DNA from: Octopus sinensis
Taxonomy: Eukaryota
Direction of reading: 5' to 3'
DNA: 64,000 nt
NCBI RefSeq assembly: GCF_006345805.1
Contig: NC_042999.1
Span: 105,400,001 to 105,464,000 of the forward strand
The position numbers and the translations under genes were made by a program. Below the pieces are notes generated by a model. The model did no database searches, had not been told where the DNA came from, and saw only the letters and a list, made by a program, of their open reading frames with translations. Positions 26,677 to 41,483 of this stretch are shown in pieces. Each line of letters opens with the position of its first letter. The stretch's first letter is position 1.

Positions 26677-27759
26677 TTTATCTACAAGTTGATTATATTA
26701 ACTATGATAATAATGTGCTCTCTATACTAACGAACAAACGAGGTTTCAAGTAGTTGCAAAAGCTTCCTCAATTCACATCTTTCCATTCTGAAAATGGGTT
26801 AACATATATAAAAGACAAAATGGGAGCGCTGGAAAATCCTTTATCTACTTGATGAAGTTGGATATAGTACTACGCATCAACGACAACTTAGGGCCGAAAT
26901 TTCAGTAACGATATTTTCCATGAATGAGCTATTTAGTATGACAACGACAGTACTTCGTCGAAATACATTCTCTTCTTAGCGAATAAACACGAATACGGTT
27001 GTGTGTGTATACTGAATTCCTTGTGTAAGTAAAATGAAGTTTTTTTTAACAGTATATCTAAGTCATAATACCACTTATCTCACTAGGCATACATGCCTTC
27101 ATTCATGAATTCCCATGCAGCATTTCTTAAATAATATGGTTTCTTTTAAGACAACATAATACTCGATTTCTTTTGAAATCGAGTATTATATATATATTGT
27201 AAAATATGTTTGTTCATGCTTATTGCATACGTTGAATTTTCAGGAAATAATCCAGTTTAACAATTCCGTTTAAATAATCCCTCTACATAATTGTATACCC
27301 TAGCATTACTCTCATCCAAAAAGTACCTATATTTTGTCATGGAATGTAGATCGTCTCTCATTTTACACTAGCTGTCGTGTATCAAATATGATGATAGAGA
27401 TAATCCTCAACTGCTACAGCGTTTGTAATGCAAGCACTATAACTGCTCTTTAGCTCTTAAGATCGCCGCAGGGAAAAAAATCATAGTTACATTATAAGCA
27501 TTTTCGATTGACAATTCTTCCAGGTTTCTTGTGCGTTGTTGCTGACGTTTGTATATGTTGACGTTTTATTGTAGTTTTATACTAAAGTTTTCTAAGAGAC
27601 TAGATGATTTATATGAGTTCCATATAGTATTTTGCTACGGAGGTGACACTGACTGGTTCACGGTTTGTAAAGAACAGCCCTGATAAATTAATGCGTTTTC
27701 GTGCATACTTTGTTAGTTGAGGTTTTCGACATCTGAAGAAATGTAGTCTACTTCAGAAA

Positions 27760-28240
27760 ACAAAACATGCAATCACAATATCATATCTGCATTGAATAAG
27801 AGATCTCCAAAGAGATCAGGTGCAAGAGAATAAAAGACCGAACCTAGTGGTGGTGGACAGGGTGCACCACATATGCTATACAGTCGATGATGCATGTCCC
27901 TTTGACTCCCGAGTAATTAAAGAAGGAAGGCGATAAGATAGAAGATACAATACTTTTAAGTACGAAATGACCCGGCTATGGAAAATGAAGAAGCTGAAGA
28001 TAGTGCCAATTATTTTTGGGTCCTTGGGAAGAGTAGCGGTGCATGAAAGAAAGTAGAAAGAGTGTTCAGTAGAAATGTTGCAAAACGTCTGCCTCCTTGG
28101 CACCGCCAGAATAACCAGGAAAGTATTAGATAGATGAAAAGAACAGATTGCACAGTACCGTGGGCTACATGTACTAAGCCCAATACGCTTGGAAGACTGC
28201 AGGAGCTCCAACAAAACCTTTGATGAAGAGAAATAGCAAA
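27760..28240 (+). mobile_element. R4/Dong-like RLE C-terminal fragment
   Basis: RPNLVVVD, VDDACPFD, KYEMTRLWKMKKLKIVPIIFGSLG, LQNVCLLGTARITRKVLD. Confidence 0.8.
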
Positions 28241-29629
28241 CAAAAAATCGATCTATTATAATTATAATATAAGGAATAAACGGAGGGTTCTAAGCACTTG
28301 AAAGACTGCTGAAAACTTGTTGATACGTCAGGTTACAAGTAGTAACCCGCTACCTGTATAAATCCTACCAGGAATAAGAACGAACACGAGCCAAACCAAG
28401 ATAATGATAATAACAACCACCTAACATAAGCTGCATCAGTAAAAGAATGATATGAAGATATATCATTACCTGCAATTCGCTGCAACAACAGTAAACAAAG
28501 CAGGAATAAATATATTAATAATAAATGTAAAAGAAAGCAAAGTCTTTGCAACAATTTATTATTTTTGTAAATTTTTTTAAAGGAAATATGTTTGTAGAGG
28601 AAACGAAACATGAGCAAAATCAGGAAATCTTACAATGTATGATTTGATTAAGTTATAATTGAAGATATAATGGCATTTCAACAGTCTGCAATGGTGCCAC
28701 TTAGATGTGTTGTATTTACAATGGGAAAATAAAACCCTACAAAATAATTTTAAATACAAATTTTAACATGTTTAAGATAATTTTCTTCATATATGTTATT
28801 TTACTCTACTTTTAATAAAATGTTAAAGAACAAGTATAAAATGAAATATTTTATTAAGTGCAATTTATGCTTTGTGAATATTTTCGCATTAAATTATATA
28901 TTTTCTATGTTGTTTTTATATTAGCTATTATTTAAAAACCTAAAGGACAAATATTTGCATGTCTGTCTGTGCGTGCATACAAGAATTCAGTATTTTGACA
29001 GAAAGTTAATATATTTATATATAAATGTATCTGTACACACACATATAGTGAAGAAAATCTATATGCATATATTTCTCCTGAGTAACGTACATAAATGTGT
29101 GTGTTTATATGTATATATGTAAACTATCTATGTGTGTGTGTGTGTGCGCGTGCGTTGTGGCATGTAGATCTTTATACGAAATTTATTGATGCCTATATCT
29201 ATACAAAAATACCGTATGAATATATTTACAAAACTATTTGTTCATGTGCACTCATGCAAAGGATATTATGCACAATATGTAATATAGCTAATATTATATT
29301 GTTCTCGTATTATGTGATTTTTCTTTTAGTTTTATTTAACTTTTTCGGTAGAGTTAAAACCGGTCGCTAACAAAATGACGACCTTTTGAGTTAAGAGAGT
29401 TCTCGGTGTTTGTAAATATGTGATTTAGTTGGTCTGTTGTTTGAACTGTCGATGCATACCCCCAAGTGGGAATCACATGCAAAGAAAATTTTTGGAATGT
29501 CTTACAAATCTTTACTGTGCCTTAATAGATTGGATTTTGAGAATCAGCGTTAGTTTCTTTTGCTCTTTCCTCGTTAAAATGAGTATTTCTTGTTTTTGTA
29601 CAGATTTATTAGTGCATAACCTAATACAC

Positions 29630-30287
29630 CTATGATCGTAGATGCAAATGATTATTTACAGTCAGGGTAAAACAGCAGTCAGTTCACATTGATTGATCTT
29701 GATTGTACATTCACATCCTATGGGCAGCTGATCTCTAAAATACCTTTTTTCGCTGTCCTATACAATATGAGGTCTGCTGTTTTTGCACCGAATTGTTGTT
29801 TTTACCGTGTGTTCCATCAGCATTTCTTGTTTTCAAAAGCATGAAGACCTACTAGTCTTGATATGTATACTCCAGGGCAATCTTTCCTGCAGATAGCATT
29901 GTAAAAAATCTTTGCAAATCTATTATGTCTCAGGAGCAGGTATTGTTTCGCAGATGTCTTGGGGAAGGCGATAATGATATGGGTGATATGTTCGACTGGT
30001 ATGTAGAGCCAAAATTGTTTATCATATCGTGTAGGCTTGGTGGTATCTTTGCTCTTCTTGTTTATGAGGTATTTAGTATCTCCTGATCCTGTATATGGAA
30101 GTAATATACTTCTACTTGGAGTGTAATATATCTATCACAGGTCCATGAGAGTCTACTCTTGCAGTCAATTCTGTTGTTATCTTGTGGCTTACGGCATATG
30201 CATCCATGCATTATTTTAGATTTTATGATGACCGCTTTTTCCGACAAGCTTCTCTTTTGGTAGGTTAGACCAGCTTCTTTTGGGTTG

Positions 30288-30290
<3 letters not shown>
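29630..30290 (-). mobile_element. R4-like LINE fragment (heavily decayed)
   Basis: MHGCI.., IQDQEI, EHITHIIIAFPKTSAKQYLLLRHNRFAK match the RLE-proximal region of R4-clade ORFs. Confidence 0.6.
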
Positions 30291-30382
<92 letters not shown>

Positions 30383-30619
30383 ACCTACTTGTACAGTAGT
30401 TCTTCTCCAAATTTGAAGATCTTGTTGCTCTCATTATTGAATATTCATCGAATGTACTCATTTCTTTCTCTACCATTCACTAGGTGTTCTGTGAATGATA
30501 CAATGCACATTCAAAGGCTGCTTGGATTGAATTTATGCATCTGCCGCTTTCACTTTAGCTCACATAGATCCTACCATTGTGGTTGTTTATGTAGGAGTTG
30601 CCAGTGGAAGTGAGTATTT

Positions 30620-31960
30620 TTCCTGTCTTGTCCTTCTTTCCTTTCTCCAGTCACCTTTCTTACCCTCTGTACCACTTTCCAAAATATACTTCTATTTCTT
30701 ACAAAATTTTCACTCGACTATTTCCTGATCTTTTCACTCGCCTCCCATTTTGCCACCCTTACTACTCTCTTTACTAACCTCTTCGTTTCTCTGTGGCGAT
30801 CATAAACTTCTCTATCTCCTACTACTACTCTTCAAAGGCCATTTTCTCCTCTGCCTCTGCATCCCTTACCTGATCATTCCACCACTCACTACTTTTCCTC
30901 ACATCAATTCCAACCATTCGTATACCACATGCTTCTCTAGAAGCCTCCTACTCCTCATGTACATCTCCTAGCTCCCGTTTTTTAACCTATTCAAATTCAC
31001 CTCTCAGATTCTCTACATACGCCTTCTCCTTCTCTCTCTTATAGAGTTCCTTCACGTTCACAACCTCTCTCCTCCCTGTCACTCGCCTAGAATTTCATTT
31101 TGAGCATACCATAAACATACCTTATCATTAGAAGTGATCATACACTCTTCAACCTTCACCTCTTATTGCATGTACATTCACCAACCTTCCTATCACTCTC
31201 TTATCAATTAACATATAGTCCATCGAGGCCCTATCCACTACTGTTCCTCCCTCTATCTTCCACCACGTGAACTTATTCTTTTCCCACTTTTAGAAAATAC
31301 TATTCCTCACAACCAACTCCTTCCCCATACTGATTTCCAACAACCTCCTTCCACTCATTTCGACCACGAACACCATATTTTCCTACTACATTTTCTACTT
31401 CCTCATTTCCCATAGCATTCAAATCACCCACAGGACCATTTTCCCCACCCCACCCACACACTCTGTCAGTTCCCTCCAGAACTCCTCTACTTCTTCCTCA
31501 TTCCCTTCACTTTCTAGACCATATGTACTAAAAAAACACCCACACCTTTTCTTCCCACCTCATTTTAACCTACATTAATATTGAATACATTTCCCTTCGC
31601 TCCACCACATTCTGCTTCACACGCTCACTCATCAACATTGCCACTTCATCACAATCCCTTTCTCGACACTCGTCCAGGCATATTCCCAAACTGATACACT
31701 CTCTTACCTTTCAGTACCAGCACATTCATCCCTCTCCCCATCCTCACACTCCTTATCACTCTCCTCTTTACCTCCCTTGTACTACACCAACGCACATTCC
31801 ATGACGCTAGAACTAGGGTCAGATTTGATGTTAACCTTCTCTCACCCCATTTTCTTTTCTTGCCGCCTTTCTAGGAATATAGATTTAATAGGAGGCGAGG
31901 ATTCTCAGTCCCCTCGCTCCTGATCCTTTTAGTCGCCTCTTACGCCACACAGAGAATACG
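30620..31960 (+). mobile_element. Pyrimidine/C-rich decayed LINE-like segment
   Basis: Strong C/T strand skew over ~1.3 kb, ending in CCTTTTAGTCGCCTCTTACG, which I recall as a 3'-tail motif of some invertebrate LINEs. No clean protein motif recovered. Confidence 0.35.
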
Positions 31961-33433
31961 GCAACTGCTTTCTACCGATCCCCACCACCAACGCAGGACG
32001 ATTTTCTTGTTAACCCATAGCTGAGACCTTTACAGGTACTACCACTCCGTGCCGGAGTAGACATGAGAACAATAGTGGTTAAGCGTTGTTTCACACTCCT
32101 CAAATCCTGAAACCAAGGGCCCAGGGTCCCACTACCGGAGGTAGATTTTTGCAATCACAATATCTACTTTCATTTTTATTTTTATTTCTATTTTCATTTA
32201 TAGAATTACATTCATTATTATTATTCTTTATACCGTTAGTCTTTAGGTTAAGATGGGCTCCAATGTGAGTTGTTTCCCTTCGTACATTAGACGGTTTATT
32301 AGTATATTCTTTACTATCATTTTCCCCTTTCTTGTTCTACAAAGTATTAGTATTACATTTCTTATTATTATCATAGTAGAAATCAGTTAATTCCTATTTT
32401 TAAGTGAATATATAATTTAGAAAAACTTTCTAGAGACAGAATGCACCACGCGGAGGTTACTGGAGTTACTTATATCATAATATATATATTATTTAGTAAA
32501 ATGTTTAGATAAAAACTTTATATAGGGATCTAACCAAGTTTATGTTTTCTTTTTTTTATTTTCTGGCGAATGGAATAATAAACCATATAACATTACACTA
32601 ACTAGACATTCTATTGTAATTATCTAATTACTGATCAACTTTATTTATATATGTGGTATGCCGTTTAAGTCCATTCTTATTACTTTTATTATTTTTATTA
32701 TTTTGCTTTAATTTTAGTACTCTCAGAAGTAATAATGAAACTTAGGTATAAATGTTTTTAATTACAATTACCCATATCAGAATACCCTTTAGGCAAACTA
32801 ACGGTTTCTTCATTTTTCAATACGCTAACAAACGAACTGAAATAAAGTAAAACAAAGTTACATATACACAAGTAACGGTTTAAAAAAAAATATACGAGAA
32901 TACACAAGCGTACATATATGGATTTAAGGCTAACTTTACGAATGATATATCAACAATTTGGAATATAGTTCTGACTGTGACGAAATATTCAATTAACTAT
33001 AATTCGATATGAATCATTAATTTAAGTTTTCTAATTTGAATTTATTGATTGGACATGGAAACAATTGTAGGTACCATGAGTTTGATATTGTTAGAAATCG
33101 GATTTGTTTCAATAAATTGATCCCCATTGTAAATTTCACCATTTTCGTATTTTGGTTAGATATAAATTGTACTATAACCATATCCAACAATGTGAAACTA
33201 ACATCTTTTAGTATTTCACAGATAGAGTGGATAAAACCGGGAAATTGGATGCTGGTATCTCTTTAAGAGGTATTATATAAGAAAATGGAACAAAAATGAG
33301 ACAGACGACTACAGACCATGCGGACATGTAAAAAATAAAAAGACGGACTGGAAGAAACAAGGACGGGTCATTCACAGTAATCTGTCATCCATCGAGTATC
33401 CAGACAGTCGTAAAAATTTCGGCTGGTGCGCTT

Positions 33434-33478
<45 letters not shown>

Positions 33479-34855
33479 ATATATATTTGTCTATATAATA
33501 TGCAATGTGCTCTATAGTTATATAGAACTTTCCAATTGAATCACTAGAGCACAGTAAAGAACTACGAACTTTGTCTTTCGTCCGACTACCTCTGTCTCTA
33601 AATTCTTCTCAATTACACTCAACGAAAGGCTTAAAATAACACCGGCAAGCATTACAAAATTCCATTGAACACTCTTGAAATATCCTCACATCAAACAAAC
33701 TCCACGCATTAGTTATCTTCTATTACTGCAAAGCAATATCTTTGCAAATGATTTCACTTTTACTTAGTAAAAAATAAACGACCTATCGTGCTATAGTAGC
33801 CGAAAAAAAATTGTTTTTGCAATATATAATTTTACCACCAATTCTTTCCCTCTGTCTGACATCCTTCGGGAAGGCGTTCTGTAACGAGTACACCTTATTT
33901 TAGAGAATCATGTGTAATGCAATGTGCGGCTATTTCTCTTTCAGTGGACTTACTGTACATAAACGACTTAATTGTTATTGTTTTTAGACTAAATACACTT
34001 ACATGTCTTTCGCTCTTATATCTCTACAACATATCATCTATACAAAATTTAGATAGATTGCAACAGTGAACCTGTACTAGCAGAAATATGCCAAGACGTT
34101 CAGTTCGGGTAAATAACATCAATACTTATTGAATAGATTAAAGAAAATCAATCAGTAATCATGCCAAAGACATAATCAAGACTCGTCTCTCTTCTAGATT
34201 AACGACTGCATTCCTAAGGAAAATGTCATCGTGATTTCAACCCCTTAAGCATTGGTGTGATTGTTAGCATCTCCTAACTCAACTTCAATTTTCTTTTATC
34301 TCTAGACTACCAACTTATGCCATTCAGGTTACCTCAAAGAATGTTTCTGTTTTCCTTATATATTCTTAATTCACAAAACTAAACATTAGCATTTTCCCAC
34401 GCATTCTGTAAGAGGCTTGCTATCATATGGATTTCCATTTTGTCTCTGGTTTCTCTAAACCGAGTAGTTTATAGATATACAATATGTGACGGAGTGATGC
34501 ACACAGAACAGGGAGAAAATTTCGAGGATTTAAGAAGTAATCTCTCAAAATAGATGTAAGCTCTCAGTAGCATATCTGCTCTTTCTTTTCAGGTAAAGGA
34601 GCAATTGTGTGTGTGTGTGTGTCAATATAATTTAATATAAAATGATATATGTATATATATATATGATATAAGATAATATATATATATATATATATATACA
34701 TACATATATATACAATTTAAAAATAGGATAAAATCTTTATAAGAATTTATCAAGTAGTTAGCGTGAAAAGCTCATAAGGGAAAATTTAATTATTCCTTTA
34801 AAATATATTTATTTATATTAATTTTAATAGAAATATATATATTCATACATACATA

Positions 34856-34910
<55 letters not shown>

Positions 34911-36481
34911 ATATATGTATATATATATGTGTGTGTGTGTGTATGTATGTATAAAACAGTTCTTTACAACTCATCAGCGCAGTATACTATACTCAAGATT
35001 GATAATCAGTTGACACAACTTTATATACTCCAAAAGAGAATTAATTTATACCCATAATGTATATATTTAAAACAATTAAGTGAGTTAAAGAAAGGAATTA
35101 CATAAAACTGATTCATTAAGCAAAAACAGAAAAGAAGTGTATTATATGTCTCAAGTACGGGATTATTAATCAAAATTATTTACGGAAAAGATCAAAGGCA
35201 ACAGACAGACACTATAATAAGCAATATTCATGCAAAAATGGAATTTATGTTAAGAAAATAAAAATGAATTCGTTAAAAATAGAGAGAAGCATATTTATAT
35301 TTTTCATGTTTTCAACGATAGTCAAAATATTCTCTAAGCAAATAAACTAGCTGTGAGTAAATTTGTTAAGAAATTAATAAATGAATTTCTTGAATATATC
35401 TTCAGTGTCTGCTCACAAAGAAGTAAAATTAAATAATTCAAAGGGGGTAAATAAGCATGGATGTTGGGGATTTATTGTGCATAATTTTACGATCAAAATG
35501 GAAAGATAGATAATAATATGCTAGTACTATTAAGAACACCCCGATTCCCTTTCAAATTCACGCGTTAGAAAGAAACAATGTTGGGTATGTTTTGGAAGCT
35601 ATAGCATAAATTCCAGACTGGTAAAATCGGGCATCAAGCTGATAATCATTATTTGTAGAATGAAGTTGTAAGCTCGTGATAGGAATGAATGCACACGAGA
35701 ATGTCCCACTAAACGGAGAGAATCAATTATTAAGCTATTTCCAAAGAAGTCAAATGAACATACAAAATAATAGCAAAAAACAACGATACACTTAGTTCGA
35801 TTTGTAATTCAAGAAAAGCTTTATTTTCTCGAATGATTCCTAAGAATTGACTGATAGTGGAAGACAGACTGGTTTTCAAGTAGGCATTAAGACAATTACT
35901 TAGATCTCTATAGTTAACTTTCTCACAGAATATATTTTTATATCTTTCAGATCTTTTCACTACACCACCCACCTTAAAATGTGATTTAACTGTTATTGTG
36001 GAACACAATAACATGGTTTATTATAACCACAGCCTACCAATAATACAGAATATACAAACCACAGCATTAACATGAGACGTGTGGGATTGCTTCGGGAATT
36101 GCCATGGAATAATTCCAAAGTAAAAAATGGTGTCATACGTGGAAGTGAGATTCAACAAGCCTTTACAAATTTTTTAAACATAAACATAATAAAAGTGCAT
36201 GAGCTTTTTGAAATAAATGTGAAAGTCGGAAGAAGATGAAGTGATTCCCTATAATATTTCCCTATAATATTTGATGTAACATGACGTACTTTGAGATCTG
36301 TAGAACCATCTTCATAAGAATACAAAATCTTATAGAAATATCTGATGAAATATAGCATGCTGATTATTAGCAACAAAAAAGATAATAGAGCGTAGGTGAG
36401 ACTCAAATAAATCAATAAATGAAAGACTAATAACAATAAAAAAAAAAAATAATAATAATGATGATGATGATGATGATGATA

Positions 36482-36645
36482 GGCGCAGAAGTGGCTGTGT
36501 GGTAAGTAGCTTGCTTACCAACTACATGGTTCTGGGTTCCGTTACAATGCATGGCAAGTGTCTTCTACTATAGCCTCGGGCCGACCAAAGCGTTGTCAGT
36601 GGATTTGGTAGGCGGAACCTGAAAAAAGCCCGTCGTATATATGTG

Positions 36646-36682
<37 letters not shown>

Positions 36683-36897
36683 ATGTATTTGTGTGCCTGT
36701 GATTGTCCCCCATCATCACTTGACAACCGATGCTGTTGTGTGTACGTCTCCGTGACATAGCGGTTAGGCTAAAGAGACCGACAGAAGTACTAGGCTTACA
36801 AAGAATATGTCCAGGGGTCGATTTGCTCGACTAAAGGCGGTGCTCCAGCATGGCCGCTGTCAAATGACTGAAACAAATAAAAGATTAAAAAGAGAGT
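36482..36897 (+). mobile_element. SINE family A copy
   Basis: Homologous end-to-end with 320-772. Confidence 0.9.
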
Positions 36898-36921
36898 ATG
36901 ATGATGATGATAATGATGATG

Positions 36922-36958
<37 letters not shown>

Positions 36959-37129
36959 CAACAACAACAACAACAACAACAATAATAATAATAATAACAA
37001 TAGAGATAGAGATAGAGCGCTAGCCTAGACATTGGCTGGACGTGTTCTTCGCTGCTCTGGATAGTCAGCAGCCGAAGCCACAGAAACACTAATATAACCC
37101 ATCAGGACAACTGAGAAATAACTTTGAAA

Positions 37130-37560
37130 GATTGCAATATCTACAATTTCCTGCGAGCATTTTTATTTCCCTCAAAATAAGTTTAAAAAACTTACATATC
37201 TACAGTTTTCGAACACACAAACGGTCACCTTTAAAAACTTTAATATCTACAACTTCTGTGAATACCTATCCTTTCCTTACGCCCTGTGTATTCTAAAATG
37301 TAAACAATCTTTTTATTCTAAGACTATTACAATTTTCTCTGCTCGGACATACAAAATATAATTTAGTAAATTTTAAAACTCTAATATCTACAATTTTCTT
37401 CGAAAATTTTACTCTCATTTTCTTTACTTTTCGTCTCCGTAAGTATTCGAAAATGTAAACATCCATTTTGATTGTAAAAACACTACGGTCTTCTCTGAAC
37501 GGACATAGAAGAAAACATTTCTAGAAAATCTAAAAGGTTTAATATCTACAACTTTTTGTG
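37130..37560. repeat. Diverged tandem repeat (~150-bp period) with recurring ATATCTACA motif
   Basis: Motif at ~37137, 37196, 37243, 37384 and 37542. 37289-37352 resembles 37444-37508. Confidence 0.6.
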
Positions 37561-37708
37561 AAAAAAAATGTCACCCTGACTACCCGAATATACAAACAAG
37601 CCGTTTATTGCAACAATACAATTAAATGCACGATAAAAAGCAAGGGAAATTTTCAAAGAAAAAAATCAGAAATTCAAAAATTCAAGGAGGTGAACATCGA
37701 TATATGTA

Positions 37709-37801
<93 letters not shown>

Positions 37802-37835
37802 ATATATATATATTATATATATATATATATGTATG

Positions 37836-38462
37836 TATATAAAATACAGTGTATATTAAAACATATTAAGAGGCTTCCATCATAGGAATCCGTTATGCTA
37901 GAAAGAACAGTTAAATTCCAAACCACTAATTAGGGATAAATTCTCGAAAGAAATGAAACATTTTACTATCTAATTCCTGGACCATGGTTTCTGACCTATT
38001 TTAATAAACAAAAATTATTATTCACTAGGCGAAGTCGTTATCAACAGGGACGCCATAAATTAAATATATAAACAAGGAGACCAATCCAGCATGCATCTCA
38101 TTGCTTGTACATTTCAAATTTTTTTTCAAATCCACTGCACAATCAGTCTCTTTTTGTCGGCAGCAGGAAAATGCCGGCAAAATCTTCGAACGAATCTACC
38201 AGAAATCATTATACGTAATTAATAATATCAGGGTAATCAAAATTTTTGAAATTTCTACTACCAGTGGCCTAGCGTAAAAAAATTAGTCAATAGTCTATAT
38301 ATTATTCATATAAAATATAGTGTACATTAAAACACATTAAGAGGCTTCCATCATAGGAATCCATTACGCTAGAAAGAACAGTTAAAGTCCAAACCACTAA
38401 TTAGGGATAAATTCTCGAAGGGAATGAAAAATAAAAACATTTACCATCTAATTCCTGGTCCA
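37836..38462. repeat. ~150-bp direct repeat pair (37836-37984 and 38308-38462)
   Basis: ATTAAGAGGCTTCCATCATAGGAATCC...CCAAACCACTAATTAGGGATAAATTCTCGAA...ATCTAATTCCTGG is present twice. Confidence 0.9.
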
Positions 38463-38542
38463 GGAATTCATATAGTAAATGGTCCAGGAATTAGATCGTA
38501 TATGTCCATCTAATACCTGGTCCAGGAATTAGATGGTAAATA

Positions 38543-38788
38543 GCCCAGAAAGAATATAAGAGACATCATGACAATATAGCAAGGATTGTGCATTGAACAC
38601 TTTGCAACAAATATAGATTTAACAGAGCAAAATGTTGTACGAACATAAAAACGAAGACATCATCGAAAATGATAATGCAAAGATCCTGTGGGATTTTATG
38701 ATTCAGTGGGACCATGAGACAGAGAATAGGAAATCAGACATAAAGTTAATTGAGAAAGAAAGCAAATGATGCTGGATCGTAGATATAG
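38543..38788 (+). mobile_element. R4/Dong-like RLE fragment followed by (TTA)n
   Basis: AQKEYKRHHDNIARIVH, IENDNAKILWDFMIQWDHETENRKSDI..CWIVDI. Confidence 0.85.
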
Positions 38789-38797
38789 AACGTAGAT

Positions 38798-38841
<44 letters not shown>

Positions 38842-38889
38842 GTTATTATTACTATTACTATTATTATTATTATCATCATCATTATTATT

Positions 38890-38922
<33 letters not shown>

Positions 38923-39708
38923 ATTATTATTATCATTGATATACCTGTAATATCACATGAGCCAAGTCAAGTTCGCATATATTTATATAGGAACACATTT
39001 TATATTCTAATGTGAGGAAACATGACTATTTGTATTCGAGCACATGTAACACATAAACACGCACGCACGAACACACTCTGTCACACACAAACACAGACAC
39101 ACACACATACACACATACACACACAAGCGCACACACGGTTAACCATAGACATATAAATACGAACTTGCACTTTGTTGTCCATTTATAATGTGCATGAAAG
39201 TTTACCTTTATGAAGGAACTTTTCATGATCATGATATTTAGTAAAGATGTATATGTATATACACAGTAAATATCTAAATATTACTGACAAGTGCAATGTA
39301 TATAACATCTACAACAACAATTAGAAGAGCAAGAACAACGTGAACTAGAAGCGCAGAGGCAGTAACAAATGAAAAAAATGGGTGGTGACGATAATGACGA
39401 CTGCGAAGATTGCCACAATGAGGATGATGATAATGATGACGGTGACGGCGATGATGATGACAGTGAAGATAATGATAATGTTAATGGGTTGCTGCTCTTG
39501 CTATTGATGTCATGTTGATGATTTTAATGATAGTAATGATAGCGCTGAAGATGATAAATAAATAAAATTTCTCCAAGTGCAAATATGCAATAAAGAAAAA
39601 AATATTAAGAAATACTGATAACAGCAACAAAATTGCAATCAATATATCTCGCATACAAACACACATATGTGTGTCTATACATACATACATTCATACATAC
39701 ATACATAC

Positions 39709-39811
<103 letters not shown>

Positions 39812-41423
39812 GAATGCATACACACACACATGTGTGTGCGTGCGAGTTTGTGGATGTCTATGTGTGTTGCTATACGTTCATAATACATATGTCTATACGT
39901 ATGTATGAAGAAGCTAACTTTTAAATGCAAACTCGTCTTTAATGGTCCATTTGCGGGATTTTTGCAAGTATATCTTAATGCAATATCTGCTGAATATGAA
40001 TAAAAATATCTAATGAAGTTTGTAAACATCGGTACACCAACCCGCGCCCTATACATTAACTAAAAATACTTTTCAACCTGCCAACCTGCCTACCTCATGT
40101 TCAAATTCACACACATGGATATCTACATACACAGACACACACACACACACAAACACACACACATACATATATACATATTTCTATATATTACAGCAACACT
40201 GAAACGAACAGGAATAGGTTTGTCGTATATTCGTATTTGCTTTCACAATTGTAAACATCGACATACCACATGATACATTAATGTTATGGAGACATATTCA
40301 ACGAAAACTGTAAAGCTTTAAAAGGAATGAAAGTTAATTTTCACATATTACGGTATATAAGTATGCGCGATGTGGTGAATGTGTGTGCGTATGATGCATG
40401 TGTGCGTGTATGCGCGTGTATATGTTTGTGTGTGTGTGTGAGAGAGATTGTGTGTATGTGTGTATGAATGTGTATGTATGTGTACTCATGTATTTGCAAT
40501 GAAAATGGTTCTGGTTTCTATGCATATAGTTAGCGTATATACGCTTGCGCCTTTTGTACATGCATATCTATCTATCTGTCTATCTCTGTGTCTCTCTGTG
40601 TCTCTCTTTCTGTATGTGTGCGTGTGAGAGAGTGAATATATCAATCTTTGTATGTGTTTCTATGCATGTGTATTATGCATTTACGTATTCACTTGTATAT
40701 ACACATTTATATTATATAGACACGGTCATTTCCTCACGGACACGCACGTATGCATATAAATTTCCATATTCATTTCCTGATGCTATGCAGCCTGTGTATC
40801 ATATGGCAAAGTCATGATACTGAATGTTTAGTTTTTGAATCTTACAAAGCCTAGTCTGCACAACCATATTTCTGTAATGTAGTCGATTAAAACACTTTGA
40901 TTGATTGAAATTTTTCATGTTAATCGTAGGTAACAATATACGCAGGATGTAAGTGTTTACATGTACACGGACAGGGTGGGGGTACAGAAAATTTCCTAGT
41001 TCTGAGTAAAAGAAAATGCATGAAGGATCAGTTAATACTGGTTTTATTCAACATATTCTTATCTCAGATTCACACATGTATTCAGTTTTTCTAAGCCCTG
41101 GAAAAAAAAATGGGAATGTTGGGCCGCCAAGGAAGACTTCTGTTATATACTTAAGGGCAACAGAAGTTGCGTTTATTATGTATGTTTTTATGGATTTATT
41201 TTGTGACATTCTCACTGAGAACGCTCACGAACACGTGTGTGCGCACACACACACACACACACATACGCACACACACTCACTCATACATACACACTTACAC
41301 ATACAGTCAAAACATGAGATCCAGAGATTTTCCATGTAGAAAACATTCTGTAGCGGTCAAATGTCTGGGGACTACACTCAGAGTATAGAATGCATATAAG
41401 AGGAAATTATATATATATATATA

Positions 41424-41483
<60 letters not shown>

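Noticed and set aside
32005-32150. Third SINE-like family
   Set aside because: It resembles a repeat I recall from aquatic animals, but there is no second copy in the window to support it.
35730-36014. 94-aa ORF as a possible exon
   Set aside because: No recognisable motif, and the length is compatible with chance.
36275-36322. Additional hammerhead (minus: AUGAAGA...CAAA GUAC GUC)
   Set aside because: Two core substitutions and weak helices.
37130-37560. Repeated ATATCTACA motif resembling a CRISPR repeat
   Set aside because: Repeats are short, degenerate and unevenly spaced, the spacers are themselves homologous, the context is eukaryotic and there are no cas genes.
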